Part shown: piece after piece, positions 1 through 12,257 of the stretch | How positions within the stretch are numbered: the first letter of the stretch is position 1 | How the letters are laid out: each line of letters opens with the position of its first letter | Assembly (NCBI RefSeq): GCF_028641065.1 | Contig: NC_073395.1 | Coordinates: forward strand, 22,444,001-22,508,000 | DNA from: Leucoraja erinacea | Taxonomy: Eukaryota | Length of the DNA: 64,000 bases | Direction of reading: 5' to 3' | Made by a program: the position numbers and the translations under genes | Notes under the pieces: generated by a model | Told to the model about the DNA's origin: nothing | The model's database searches: none | Seen by the model: the letters and a program-made list of their open reading frames with translations, nothing else

Positions 1-324
1 CACATTCAGCGTGTTCAATTGATTCACAGCTCAGAGAGTCGTGACCTCTCGCTCCCCCATCTTGCAGACACTTCTGGGTTTTATAGTCCCTCCCCCCTTC
101 CACCGGAAGAGGCGTGACGTTCATGGCGTGATTGACAAGAGAATCTCAACATTTTTTAAACATTAATAAGTCTTTTATTTTTCATCGATGGGAAAAATCC
201 TCTCGTCCTGCGCAGTGGAGGGGGACTGAGTAAGATGGCCAAAAAGTGAGTGGTGCCGTTTTTTCTAAAATCAATATGCAGTGCAAACAGGAAGTGGTCA
301 AGATGAGACTTTTAATTATATAGA
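1..324 (-). mobile_element. Probable 5' end of a non-autonomous Helitron (continues off the window)
   Basis: The minus strand reads A|TCTATATAATTAAAAGTC at 324, resembling the 5' termini (TCTATTAATATATAAAA) of the Helitrons at 8420/8424. The 3' end is not visible. Confidence 0.45.
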
Positions 325-379
325 TAATTATTTCACAAGAACACAATAGAAGGTGTAGGTCAATAACATTTTCCACCTC

Positions 380-880
380 GAATAGTGAAAGGCCTGGATA
401 CAGTGGATGTGGAGAGGATGTTTCCACGAGAGGGAGAGTCTTGGACTAGAGAGCACAGCCTCAGAATAAAAGGACGTACCTTTAGAAAGGTGAGGAGGAA
501 TCTCTTTAGTCAGAGGTCGGTGAATCTGTGGAATTCACTGATTAGTAAGGGTGTCTAAGGTTACAGTGAGAAGGCAGGAGAATGAGGTTGAGAGACAAGA
601 TAGATCAGCCATAATTGATTGGCAGAGTAGACTTGATGGACCGAATGGCCTAATTCTGCTCCATGTGCTGTTTGTGTGGAGTTTGTACGTTCTCCCTGTG
701 ACTGTGTGGATTTTCTCCGGCTGCTCCAGTTTCCGCCCACATTCCAAAGACGTGCGGGTTTGTAGGTTAATTGGCATCTGTAAATTGTCCCTACTGCGTA
801 GGATAAAACTAGCGTATGGGTGATCGCGGGTCAGCAAAGGCTCGGTGGTGCCTGTTTCCATATGTTACTCTAAACTAAAT
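380..880 (+). mobile_element. Degraded CR1 3' fragment followed by a tRNA-derived (V-domain) SINE fragment
   Basis: Matches the CR1 3' sequence repeated through the window (gtgaatctgtggaatt, ccgaatggcct), then the V-SINE core tgtgtggagtttgtacgttctccctgtg and an (ctaaa)n tail. Confidence 0.6.
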
Positions 881-3800
881 TTCAAGCTGTTGTCTCCCTC
901 TGCCACCATCCCACCACTGAAGATGGGTGTATGATCCCTTGAATTTCCCTTCCTGGAGCCACCAATCAGCTACTTAGTCTTGCTAATGTTGAGAGCAAGA
1001 TAGTTGGCTGGCAACACTTAAGCAGATTAGCCTTCAAAATGGTCTAAACATCCCTTTATCAATCCTGTTTTGCTACTGTTTGCTGGCCTAAGTATGAAAT
1101 TCACTGATAACTTCTGCAAAGAATTTACAACTGTATCTGCTAGGAGCCTGCTGACATAACCAAGACAGTTGATTAGAAGACACAAGTTGTAACAGCGTGT
1201 GAAAGAAAACTGGCCTCCTCACTAAACATTACTTTTAGTAATGTCTTCTTAAATGTTATCAATTGTAAGCCTATTCACTTAGTGGCTACAAAGTTATTTC
1301 TTATTACGCAAAATAAATCACTGTTCAATACTTTCAAATATGTATTTTGAACAACTTGTTCTTCAGATTAGTTCCTATGATGACTGATCCATCACAGGAG
1401 CAGAGATTGAGTGGACCAAGCCTCTATTTTCTCGAGTTCAAGAGTATGAGAGGTGGTCGCATTGAAAACTTACTTGTGACATTTTTCATAGCTCCACAGG
1501 CTGAACCCAGGGAGGATTTGTCTCCTTGCTGAGGGTCTAGAACTAAGAGTCATGGTCTCAGAATAAGGGGAAGGTTTTTTTTTTGTTTTTTTTAAATATT
1601 TTATTTTATTAGAAGTAAGTACAGTCATATGGCACCAAAGTGCCTAATATATATTTTCATAATACATTTTATGTACAACTTCTTTTTTTTTTGTTACATT
1701 GAAAAAAGATTAGAATAAGAAAAAGAAGTTAGATAGTAAAGGATAGAAAGATGTGAAATATATAGTGTGTGAAGAAAGAAAACGAGTAAATGAAGAAAGT
1801 TGAGAGAAAATAGAGAAAATAAAATAAAATAAAAAAGAAAAGGAGATCATTATTTATAATCTTGACCAACCCTCGTCCAGTCCTCAAACAGTTATTTTTT
1901 ACAATTGTGTTGCACCATATGATTCCAAAAAAAACGACGAATGGAGACCAACTCGTTATGAATTGGTCTGATTTATCCATTAGGCGGAATCGCATTTCCT
2001 CAAGATGAGTGGTGTCCAACATACTTGCAATCCACATTTTAAGCGTTGGTATTGATGTACCCTTCCAAAATTTAAGTATTAATTTTTTTGCTATTATTAA
2101 ACCATAGTTAAGGAATAGATTTTGAGATATGTTCAATTTATTCCCATCTTCCATTACACCAAATATAATCATTTCAGTATTAGGTTCCATTCTTGTCTTG
2201 AATAATTTTGTAAATATTTCAAAAATATAATTCCAAAATCTATAAAGTTTTATGCAGGAAACTAAGGAGTGTGTTATAGTTGCCTTTTGGGCTAGACATT
2301 TATCACAAGTGGCGGATATATTTGGATAAAATTTGTTCAATCTTGTTTTTGAATAATATAATCTATGTACAATTTTAAATTCAATTAGCTTATGTCTTAC
2401 ATTAATTGAACATTTGTGAATATATATCAGGTATTTTTCCCAATTAACCTTCGTAATTTTTATCATTAGTTCCCATTCCCACTCTTCTCTAAGTACCTCT
2501 GTCGATGGTAGGTCTATATTTAGAATACTATTATATAAATATGATATTAATTTTTGTGAGTCAGCTTCAATATTCATTGCTTCTTCCAATAATAAGGAGT
2601 TACTTTTTGATATCCTTGTATATATTTTTTCACGAAATCGCAAATCTGAAGATATTTAAATTATTGGTTGTTTTTCAATTTAAATTTTAATTGTAGTTGT
2701 TGGAATGATAGTAGGTTTCCCATTTCGTACATATCCCCGATCCTTCTAATTCCGAGACTTTCCCATTGGTTATATGTCTTATCAATAAGAGATGGTTTAA
2801 ATAAAGGGTTTTTTGCTATTGGCATTAACAGTGATAGATTTCTTAATTTTAAAGATAATTTTATTTGTTTCCAAATTCTTATTGTACTATATATAATTGG
2901 GTTCTTCTTATATATTGTGTTATTCAGTTTTTTTGGGGAGAAGAGAATCGTTCCTATATTACAAGGATGGCAATCCTCCTTCTCCATTTTTATCCATTCT
3001 GTCTGTTGGGTAGAACTATCCAACCAATAAATCATATTCTTAATATGCACTGCTCAGTAATAATACATAAAATTAGGAAGTGAAAGTCCCCCGACCTCTT
3101 TTGGTTTACATTATTGTTTTTTTGTGATTCTATGTGATCTATAGTCCCAAATATAATTTGTAATGTTAGAGTCTAATTTTTTTTAAAATATTTTGGTATA
3201 TGTATGTATATACTGAAATAGGTATAGTAATTGTGGTAGGAAGATCATTTTAATTGCATTTATTCTACCTAATAATGATAAGGGAAGTGTTTTCCAAAAT
3301 TTAATCAGCGTATTAAGTTTATTTAATAAAGGTATGAAATTAGCGTTGAATAATGCTTTATATTTTCTAGTAATCTGAATACCCAAATATTTAAATTTTT
3401 CTGTTGCGATTTTAAAGGGGAACTTCAATAAGTGTGTAGGTTCTTGAGGTTTTAATGTCATGATTTTACTTTTGTTCCAGTTTATTCTATATCCAGAAAA
3501 AGACCCAAATTCCTCTATTAAGTTTAATAAATTTGGTATGCTCGTTTGTGACTTTGTAATATTATAAAAGTATATCGTCTGCATATAATGAGATTTTATT
3601 CTTTGAGTCCCTGGTATTATAGCCCTGAATATTCAGATGAATTCTTATACTTTCAGCCAGGGGTTCTATCATAAGGGCAAATAGCAGGGGTGATAGTGCA
3701 CATCTCTGCTTATTACCCCTTGATAGTTGACATTTTTGAGATAACATGTTATTAGTTAAAATTCTTGCCATCGGTTTATCATATAATAATTTTACCCATG

Positions 3801-4584
3801 TTATAAAATTCTCTCCCATATTAAATTTTTCTAGTACTTTATATAAGTATTGCCACTCTACCTGATCAAATGCTTTCTCTGCATCCAAAGAAATAATTGA
3901 TATATCTTCTTCCTCTACCTGATCAAATGCTTTCTCTGCATCCAAAGAAATAATTCCTATCTAATTTAATATAATACATTATATTAAACAGGCGTCTCAG
4001 ATTATTAAATGAGTATCTTTTAGGTGTAAACCCCGTTTGATCAGGGTTTATCAATTTACTAATATATTTGCTTAATCTTCTTGCTAAAATCTTTGCTAAA
4101 ATTTTCTGATCTGTATTTAAAAGTGATATAGCTCTGTACGAGCCCGGATCTTCTAAATCTTTATCTTTTTTTGGAATAAGCGTAATAGTTGATTCTGTTA
4201 GTGTTTCAGGTAGTTTGTTTTCTTTAAAAGCATGGGAGTATAAATTAAATAAATAAGGGGTCGTTATCTCCTGAAATTTTTTATAAAATTCATTATTAAG
4301 ACCATCTGGTCCCGGTGTCTTACCATTTTTCAGCGATTTTATTGTTTCACCTATTTCTTTGATTGTAATTTGAGCTCCTAGTTCCTCTTGTTCCAAAAGG
4401 TCCAGTATTGGAAGATTACAGTTATCTAGAAATGTTTTTATTTTACTACCTTCTATTTTAATTTTAGATGTATACTAAACCAAGTGCAGACCCGTTGGGT
4501 CTGTTTCCCCATCAGCGTTTGCGGGGGGGGAGGGGGAGTAGGGGCTGCGGCATCACACTCAAATTAACCACCCCCAAACTCACA

Positions 4585-4912
4585 GGTGGGGGGGGGAGGG
4601 GGGGGGGGGGTGGGTGAGAAGAGGGGAGGAGGGGAGGGAGAGAGGAGGAGGAGGAAACATGACAGATTTGGGAGGGAAAGGAGAGCGGGGTAGGGGGGGT
4701 GAGAGAGGGGGATGGGGAGACAGATGTGGGGAGGGAGGGGGGAGGAGGGGGAGAGGGGTGGAGGGAGAGACGGGAAAGAGTGGGGAGTGAGAGGGACGAG
4801 GAGAGGGGTAGGGGGAAGGGGGCGGGTGGAGAGAGGGAAGGGGGTGGGGTAGAGAGGGAAGGGGGGTGAGGGAGAGAGGGAGAGGGGTGAGGGAGAGGGG
4901 TGAGGAGAGGGA
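4585..4912. repeat. G/GA-rich low-complexity tract inside the Helitron (related tract at ~6955-7096)
   Basis: Polypurine G runs. Source of the spurious Pro/Ser/Leu ORFs at 4512-4992. Confidence 0.85.
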
Positions 4913-5950
4913 AACATAGAAATGAAGTGCAGTAGTAGGCCATTCGGCCCTTCGAGCCTGCACCGCCATTCAATACGATCATGGCTGATCATCCACCTCA
5001 GTATCCCGTCCCTGCCTTCTCTCCATACCCCCTGATCCCCTTAGCCACAAGGGCCACATCTAACTCGTCTTAAATATAGCCAATGAACTGGCCTCAACTA
5101 CCCTCTGTGGCAGAGAGTTCCAGAGATTCACCACTCTCTGTGTGAAAAAAAGTTCTTCTCATCTCGGGTTTTAAAGGATTTTCCCCCTTATCCTTAAGCT
5201 GTGACCCCTTGTCCTGGACTTCCCTAACATCGGGAACAATCTTCCTGCATCTAGCCTGTCCAACCCCTTAAGAATTTTGTAAGTTTCTATAAGATCCCCT
5301 CTCAATCTCCTAAATTCTAGAGAGAGTATAAATCAAGTCTATCCAGTCTTTCTTCATAAGACAGTCCTGACATCCCAGGAATCAGTCTGTTGAACCGTCT
5401 CTGCACTCCCTCTATGGCAATAATGTCCTTCCTCAGATTTGGAGACCAAAACTGTACGCAATACTCCAGGTGTGGTCTCACCAAGACCCTGTACAACTGC
5501 AGTAGAACCTCCCTGCTCCTATACTCAAATCCTTTTGCAATGAAAGCTAACATACCATTCGGTTTCTTTACTGCCTGCTGCACCTGCATGCCTACCTTCA
5601 ATGACTGGTGTACCATGACACCCAGGTCTCGCTGCATCTCCCCCTTTCCCAATCGGCCACCATTTAGATAATAGTCTGCTTTCCCGTTTTTGCCACCAAA
5701 ATGGATAACCTCACATTTATCCACATTATACTGCATCTGCCAAACATTTGCCCACTCAACCAGCCTATCCAAGTCACCTTGCAGTCTCCTAGCATCCTCC
5801 TCACAGCTAACACTGCCCCCCAGCTTAGTGTCATCTGCAAACTTGGAGATATTGCCTTCAATTCCCTCATCCAGATCATTAATATATATTGTAAATAGCT
5901 GGGGTCCCAGCACTGAGCCTTGCGGTACCCCACTAGTCACTGCCTGACAT
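4911..5950 (-). mobile_element. CR1 LINE, 3' part (RT C-terminus plus 3' tail)
   Basis: ORF 5317-5940 with TSGVPQGSVLGP, SKFADDTKL, VRPHLEYCVQFWSP; tail gaaacatagaaa at ~4911. Confidence 0.92.
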
Positions 5951-6175
5951 TGCTGATTCTATGGGTGAGATGCCAGTTTTTTTTTTTGAAATATTGGAGG
6001 GGGGGGGGGGAGAAGGATTTGATTAAAAATGTCTACATAAATACGACAAAATGTAATCAGGAGTTTCTATAAGATCCTCCCTCAATCTTCTAAAATCTAG
6101 CGAGTACAAGCCGAGTCTATCCAGTCTTTCTTCATATGAAAGTCCTGACATCCCAGGAATCAGTCTGGTGAACCT

Positions 6176-6950
6176 TAACCATATAACCATATAACAATTA
6201 CAGCACGGAAACAGGCCATCTCGACCCTTCTAGTCCGTGCCGAACACGTATTCTCCCCTAGTCCCATATACCTGCACTCAGACCATAACCTTCCATTCCT
6301 TTCCCGTCCATATAACTATCCAATTCATTTTTAAATTATAAAAACGAACCTGCCTCCACCACCTTCACTGGAAGCTCATTCCACACAGCCACCACTCTCT
6401 GAGTAAAGAAGTTCCCCCTCATGTTACACCTAAACTTCTGTCCCTTAATTCTCATGTCATGTCCCCTTGTTTGAATCTTCCCTACTCACAGTGGGAAAAG
6501 CTTATCCACGTCAACTCTGTCTATCCCTCTCATCATTTTAAAGACCTCTATCAAGTCCCCCCTTAACCTTCTGCGCTCCAAAGAATAAAGCCCTAACTTG
6601 TTCAACCTCTCTCTGTAACTTAGTTGCTGAAACCCAGGCAACATTCTAGTAAATCTCCTCTGTACTCTCTCTATTTTGTTGACATCCTTCCTATAATTAG
6701 GCGACCAAAATTGTACACCATACTCCAGAATTGGCCTCACCAATGCCTTGTACAATTTTAACAGTACATCCCAACTTCTATACTCAATGCTCTGATTTAT
6801 AAAGGCCAGCACACCAAAAGCTTTCTTTACCACCCTATTTACATGAGATTCCACTTTCAGGGAACTGTGCACAGTTATTCCCAGATCCCTCTGTTCACCT
6901 CTGTTCTTCAATTCCCTACCATTTACCATGTAATTCCCTACCATTTACCA
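6176..6950 (-). mobile_element. CR1 LINE 3' fragment (second subfamily)
   Basis: ORF 6486-6944 with RDLG, VRPILEYGVQFWSP, LYSLERRRLRGDLIEVFK; (taaccata)n tail at ~6176-6195. Confidence 0.88.
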
Positions 6951-7096
6951 TGTAAGAGGAGAGAAGTGGGAGAGTGGGGAGGAAGGGGTAGAGAGACTGG
7001 TGGAAGAGGGACAGAGTGGTAGGGGAAGGGGGTGGGGTAGAGAGGGAAGGGGGTGGGGGAGAGAGAGATGGGTGGCAGAGGGAGAGAGAGAGGGAC

Positions 7097-7540
7097 ACAT
7101 AGAAACATAGACATTAGGTGCAGGAGTAGGCCATTCGGCCCTTTGAGCCTGCACCGCCATTCAATATGATCACGGCTGATCATCCAACAGTATCCTGTAC
7201 CTGCCTTCTCTCCATACCCCCTGATCCCTTTAGCCACAAGGGCCACATCTAACTCCCTCTTAAATATAGCCAATGAACTGGCCTCAACTACCTTCTGTGG
7301 CAGAGAGTTCCAGAGATTCACCACTCTCTGTGTGAAAAATGTTCTTCTCATCTCGGTTTTAAAGGATTTCCCCCTTATCATCAAAGACCCACACCATCCT
7401 GGCCACACATTCATCTCCCTGCTACCTTCAGGTAGAAGGTACAGGAGCCTGAAGACTGCGACAACCAGGTTCAGGAATACCTACTTCCCCACAGCCATCA
7501 GGCTATTAAGCCTGGCTTGGACAAAACTCTGTCAGAATGA
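7097..7540. mobile_element. CR1 3' tail (-) joined to a Rex1/Babar-type LINE 3' fragment (+)
   Basis: 7097-7380 matches the CR1 tail at 4911-5190. 7380-7510 encodes DPHHPGHTFISLLPSGRRYRSLKTATTRFRNTYFPTAIRLL, typical of the Rex1/Babar C-terminus. Confidence 0.75.
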
Positions 7541-8104
7541 CAGTTAGTGAAGAATTTGAATAATCGCTGAGCGTTCTCTATGGCAACAATGTATTTGAGC
7601 ATTGGGCATTGTGACATCACACGATGGAACGTTCACCGGGGCTGTGGCTCCTGCAAAGGCATATGTAAATGAATCCATTCCGATTGGCCATCTGTGAGCA
7701 TCGGGCATTGTGACATCACACGATGGAACGTTCACAGGGGGCTGCTTGTGTAGGTGAGAATCCAGTTTATTTTTGAAATATTGAGGTGGTGGGGGGGGGG
7801 GGGGGGGGTAGGATTTGATTAAAAAAACGTACTTAAACACGACGAAATGTAATGGGGAGCGGATACTTAGAAAGAAAAGCGAAATCTCTACCGAAATGGA
7901 AAAGACGTCGGCGATTCTGCGTCCGGTTTCGGAGTTGCGGAGCATCAAAGGAAGAAACGCGGCCGGGAGCCGTACATGCAAATGGATCCATTCCGATTGG
8001 ACGTCCACGAGCATTGGGCATTGTGACATCGCACGGCGGGAACGAATCGAAAGGCAGGAAGGGATCCGTACTGCAGGCGGACTGATTTGACTTTTATATA
8101 TTAA

Positions 8105-8420
8105 CTAGACCAAGTGCAGACCCGTTGGGTCTGTTCCCCCAATGGTGTGATTCCCCCAACCCAATATTCCACCATGCACCCGTCTCCTCCAATGGAACTG
8201 AAGCCGTTGCCAAATGTAAGTTTCCAGCACTCCCCTGCCTCCCTCAATTGCACCTCCCCTGCCTGCTGCAGCAGTGAAAAGTTCAGTGTTCCTGTCTTGC
8301 AACTTTGTTTTGAAGTGTGTTGGAAGCTGATAGGAAGGAGCAGCCGTCAACGAATCAAAAGGCAGGAAGGGATCCGTACTGCAGGCGGACGGATGGGTTT
8401 GAGTTTTATATATTAATAGA
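8105..8420 (-). mobile_element. Short (316 bp) non-autonomous Helitron nested in the 5' end of the larger one
   Basis: 5' A|TCTATTAATATATAAAA at 8420; hairpin CAGACCC-AAC-GGGTCTG at 8117-8133; 3' CTAG|T at 8105. Its 5' ~70 bp matches 8041-8104. Confidence 0.85.
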
Positions 8421-9999
8421 TAGATAAGTTTTGGTAAAATTGGGCAAATCTATTATTAATATCTTTAGGTAGTAATAGTAATTCACCTTTCTCTGATTTA
8501 ATTTTGGTTATAGTATTTTCAGGGGAAGGTTTTTTAACGCAGAGATGAGGAGAACTTTCTTCATTCAGAGGTGCTGAATCTTTGGAATATTCTACTCCAA
8601 TGAGTTCTGGAATTCCCCCAATATCGTCAATGAATTCATTCTTTTTTGCAGAGTAGGGGAATTAAAAACAAGATGACATATATTTAAGGTGAAAGGGGCA
8701 GGGTTTAATACATTATCACTCAGAGGGTGGTGGGTATGTGGAACGAGCTGCAGATGCTGGTTTAAACCAAAGATAGATATAAATTGCTGGAATAACTCAG
8801 CGGGACAGATAGTATCTCTGGAGAGACATTTCAAGTCGAGACCTTTCCTCTGTCTGAGTCAGGTACAATAGATAGAGTGAAGGGAAAGATAGAGAATGCA
8901 GAATATAGTCCTCAACATTACAGCACAACATTTCCAGACATGTATATTGAGGTACAGTGAAAAGCATCATTTTGCATGCTATCCAATCAGAGCAGATACC
9001 TACTGTAAGTTCATATGTTATAGGAGCCGAATTAGGCCTTTCGGCCCATCAAGTCTACTACGCCGTTCAATCATGGCTGATCTATCTTTCCCTCTCAACC
9101 CCATTCTCTTGCCTTCTCCCCATAACCCCTGACACCCGTACTAATCAAGAATCTGTCAATCTTCTCCTTAAAAATATCCATTGACTTGGCCGCTACAGTC
9201 TTCTGTAGCATACTACACATAAATATAAAGCCAAACTGAAATATAATAAGTAAAGTGAAGGGAAAGATAGAGGGTGCAGAATATAGTTCTCAGCATTACT
9301 GCGCAACACTTCCAGACATAAAGTCAAATGAGGAGAATTGGTCTGTACCCTAGTTAATAGAAAGACCGTTCAGAAACTATCCTTGTATGAGACATGATCT
9401 GCACGCTGCGATTGCACTGTTTTAGTCAATCTCCAGGGAAAAAAAGCCAATAATTTACCACTCAATATTAAGCAATTACTTACATAATTTATATTTCCTT
9501 TAATATAGTGAAAGACTGCTGGGTGCTCACAGGAGTCACATCAGGGTCATTGGCTGAAACACCTTGTAGATCGAATGGTTTCCTGAATATCACGGGTACA
9601 GTTGTAACACAAATGAATCAACTTCCATGCAGTCTCCTTGGCAGCACCTACACCACACTTGGGTCAGAGAGCCCCGAGTTGAAATCCGACTCCAGATTCT
9701 ACAACTAGATATCGATGTTTATAAATAAGGGAAGATAGACTCAAAAAGCTGGAGTAACTCAGCGGGACAGGCAGCAGCTATGGAGAGAAGGAATGGGCGA
9801 TGTTTTGGGTTGAGACCCTTCTTCAGACTGGGTTGCCCATTTCAGGCAAAGAGGCAAAATCTTTACCTTCGAGGATCATGAAAGTTTGAAACTTCCTTCC
9901 TCGAAGGATTATGGAAGCAGTCTGAAGCAATGTTAAGGATAAATTCTTAATAAGAAAAAGATAATAGGTGATAGATGAATAGGAGAATGACGTTGAGGC

Positions 10000-10495
10000 T
10001 ACAGAGTCGTGCAGCGTAGGTTCACCAGGTTAATTCCTGGGATGGCTGGACGACATATGATGAAAGAATGGATCGACTGGGCTTGTATTCACAGGAATTT
10101 AGAAGGATGAGAGGACATCATACAGAATCATATAAAATCCTTAAGGGATTGAATAGGTAAGATGCAGGAAAAATGTTTCAGATGTTGGGGGAGTCCAGAA
10201 CCAGGGGTCACATTTTAAGAATAAGGGGGATAGGCCTTTTAGGGTTGAGGTAAAGAAAAACGTCACCCAGAGAGTTGTGAATCTGTGGAATTCTCTGCCA
10301 CAAAAGGCAGTGGAGGCCAATTCACTTGATGTTTTCAAGAGAGAGATTTAGCTCTTAGGGCTAAAGGAATCAAGGGATATGGGCGAAAAGCAGGAACGGG
10401 GTACTGATTTTAGATGATCAGCCATGATCATATTGAATGGTGGTGCTGGTTCAAAGGCCGAATGGCCTATTGCACTTATTTTTCTATGTTTCTAT
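10000..10495 (+). mobile_element. CR1 3' fragment
   Basis: gtgcagcgtaggttcaccagg...gtgaatctgtggaattctctgcc...tail tttctatgtttctat. Confidence 0.85.
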
Positions 10496-10519
10496 ATGCA
10501 AAAAAGTAATGATGATAAA

Positions 10520-12210
10520 GGAAACAGACCAGTGTTAGCTGTATGTTAGATGAAAACGAGTTACAAACATTGATACTCAACAAGACGACTTTGAACCTTA
10601 TACGACTAAGGTGGGGGAGGGATGGAGAAAGAAGGTATGCAAGGGTTCCTTGAAGTTAGAGGTCAATATTCATACCGCTGGTTTGTAAGCTGCCCAAGCA
10701 AAATGAGATGCTGGTCCTCCAATTTGTGTTTGGCCTCACTCTGACAATGGAGGCCTAGGACAGAGAGGTCAGTGTGGGAATGGGAAGGAGAATTAAAGTG
10801 TTTGTCAGGTAGACAGGCAGACTGAGCGAAGGTGTTCAGCGAAACGATCGCCCAGTCTACATCTGGTCTCGCCGATGTATAAGAGTCCACACCCAGATAC
10901 AGTAGATAGGGTTGGAGGAGGTGCAATGTGAACCTCTGCCTAACCTGAAAGGACTGTTGGGGTCCTTGGATGGAGTCGAGGGGGGAGGTAAGGGGACAGG
11001 TGTTGCATTTCCTGCGGTTGCTGAGAACGGTCTCTGCGGAAAGCAGAAAGGGGTGGAGATGGGAAGATGTGGCCAGTAGTAGGAACCCGATGGAGGTGGG
11101 GAAAGTGTTGTAGGATTATATGCTATATGATGGGGTGGAAGGTGAGGGCAAGGGGGACCGTCCTTGTTATGAATGGGGGGAAAGGGAGCAAGAGCGGAGC
11201 TGTGTGATATAGAGACCCTAGTGAGAGCCTCATCTATAATGGAAGAGGGAAACCCCCGCTTCCTAAAGAATGAGGACATCGCCGAGGATCTAGTATGGAA
11301 AACCTCATCCTGGGCGCAGATGCGGCATAGATGGAGTACTTGGGAGTAGGGGATAGTCTTTACAGGAAGCAGGATGGGAAGAAGTGTAAGGTACACAAAA
11401 ATGCTGGAGAAACTCAGCGGGTGCAGCAGCATCTATGGGGCGAAGGAAATAGGTAACATTTCGGGCCAAAACCCTTCTTCAGACTGGGAAGAAGTGTAGT
11501 CTAGATAGATATGGGAGTCAGTAGGTTTTGTAGTAGATGTCGGTCAATAGTCTGTCTCCTGTGATGGAGACGGTGAGATCCAGAAATGGTAGAGAGATTT
11601 CAGAGATGGTCCAAGTGAATTTGAGTGTAGGATGGAAATTAGTCATGAAGTCGGTGAGTTCTGCATGGGTGCAGGAGGCAGCACTGATGTAGTCGTTAAT
11701 GCAGCAGAGGTAGAATTCTGGGATAGGGCCAGTGTACACCTGGAACGGGGATTGTTCGACATACCCGACAAAGAGGCATGCATAACTGGGGCCCATGCAA
11801 GTGCCCATAGCTAAGCCTTGGACTTGGAGGAAGTATGAGGAGTTGATGGAGAAGTTGTTGAGGGTAAGTACCAGCTCTGCTAGGCAGAGGAGAGTATTAG
11901 TAGATGGAATTTGGCTGGTTCTGCAGTCGAGGAACAAACAGAGTGCTTTAAGACCTTCCTGGTGGGAGATGGAGGTGTAGAGTCAATGGAGATCCATTGT
12001 AAACATGATGGAGTGGGGGCCTGGAAAACTGAAGTCGTTGAAGAGATGAAGAGCGTGTGAGATGTCTCGGACATAGGTAGGGAGCGATTGGACCAGGGGG
12101 ATAGGATGGAGCTATGTAGAAAAAGGTGACATTTCGGGTAGAGATCCTTCTTCACTGAGAGTCAGGGGAGAAGGAGACTAGAGATATGGGAAGGCAAGGC
12201 GTGAAAACGA
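10520..12210 (-). mobile_element. Degraded Penelope-like element (RT plus GIY-YIG endonuclease)
   Basis: ORF 11518-11937 (AELVLTLNNF, GLAMGTCMGPSYA, LPFLDLTV) and 10857-11432 (IPYSQ..RIC, CTSSNPIYC), with frameshifts. Interrupted by a short repeat at 11389-11484. Confidence 0.85.
11389..11484 (-). mobile_element. Short Penelope-LTR-derived repeat with hammerhead-like core
   Basis: 14-bp TSD tgggaagaagtgta at 11375-11388 and 11485-11498. Minus strand CTGAAGA-aGGGttttgGCCC-GAAA-tgtt. Confidence 0.7.
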
Positions 12211-12257
12211 ATGATCAAAGCGGACATTTGTGACTCGTGACTCTTAGGACCTTTGAA

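Larger units (their letters stand above)
4475..8424 (-). mobile_element. Non-autonomous composite Helitron (~3.95 kb) carrying CR1 and Rex1 fragments
   Basis: 5' A|TC at 8424. 3' hairpin CAGACCC-AAC-GGGTCTG (4487-4503) followed by TTAG|T (a CTAG variant) at 4475. No TSD. Removing it restores the L1 frame ...FAQFYQNL|YTSK.... Confidence 0.8.
1581..8520 (-). mobile_element. 5'-truncated, frameshifted L1-clade LINE ORF2 (RT plus C-terminal region), split by a Helitron at 4475-8424
   Basis: ORFs 3923-4396 (KTPGPDG, YRAISLLNTDQKILAK), 3562-3945 (ISLDAEKAFD, LSPLLF, YADD), 3183-3584, 2661-3050 and 1729-2643 (Cys/His tail). T-rich poly(A) tail at ~1581-1610. 15-bp TSD aggggaaggtttttt at 1566-1580 and 8521-8535, with an L1-type TTTT/AA nick site. 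8425-8520 continues ORF2 in frame with 4474. Confidence 0.9.

Noticed and set aside
4512-4992. Three overlapping Pro/Ser/Leu-rich ORFs
   Set aside because: They arise from a stop-free G/GA tract plus a CR1 tail; no splice or homology support.
1729-6944. RT-containing ORFs as an intact active retroelement or host gene
   Set aside because: All are 5'-truncated, frameshifted or interrupted L1/CR1 fragments.
9531-9647. Possible minus-strand exon (gtgtag|...CCT|gtgagc) of the divergent gene
   Set aside because: All three frames contain stops and the polypyrimidine tract is weak; at most a UTR exon, unsupported without RNA data.
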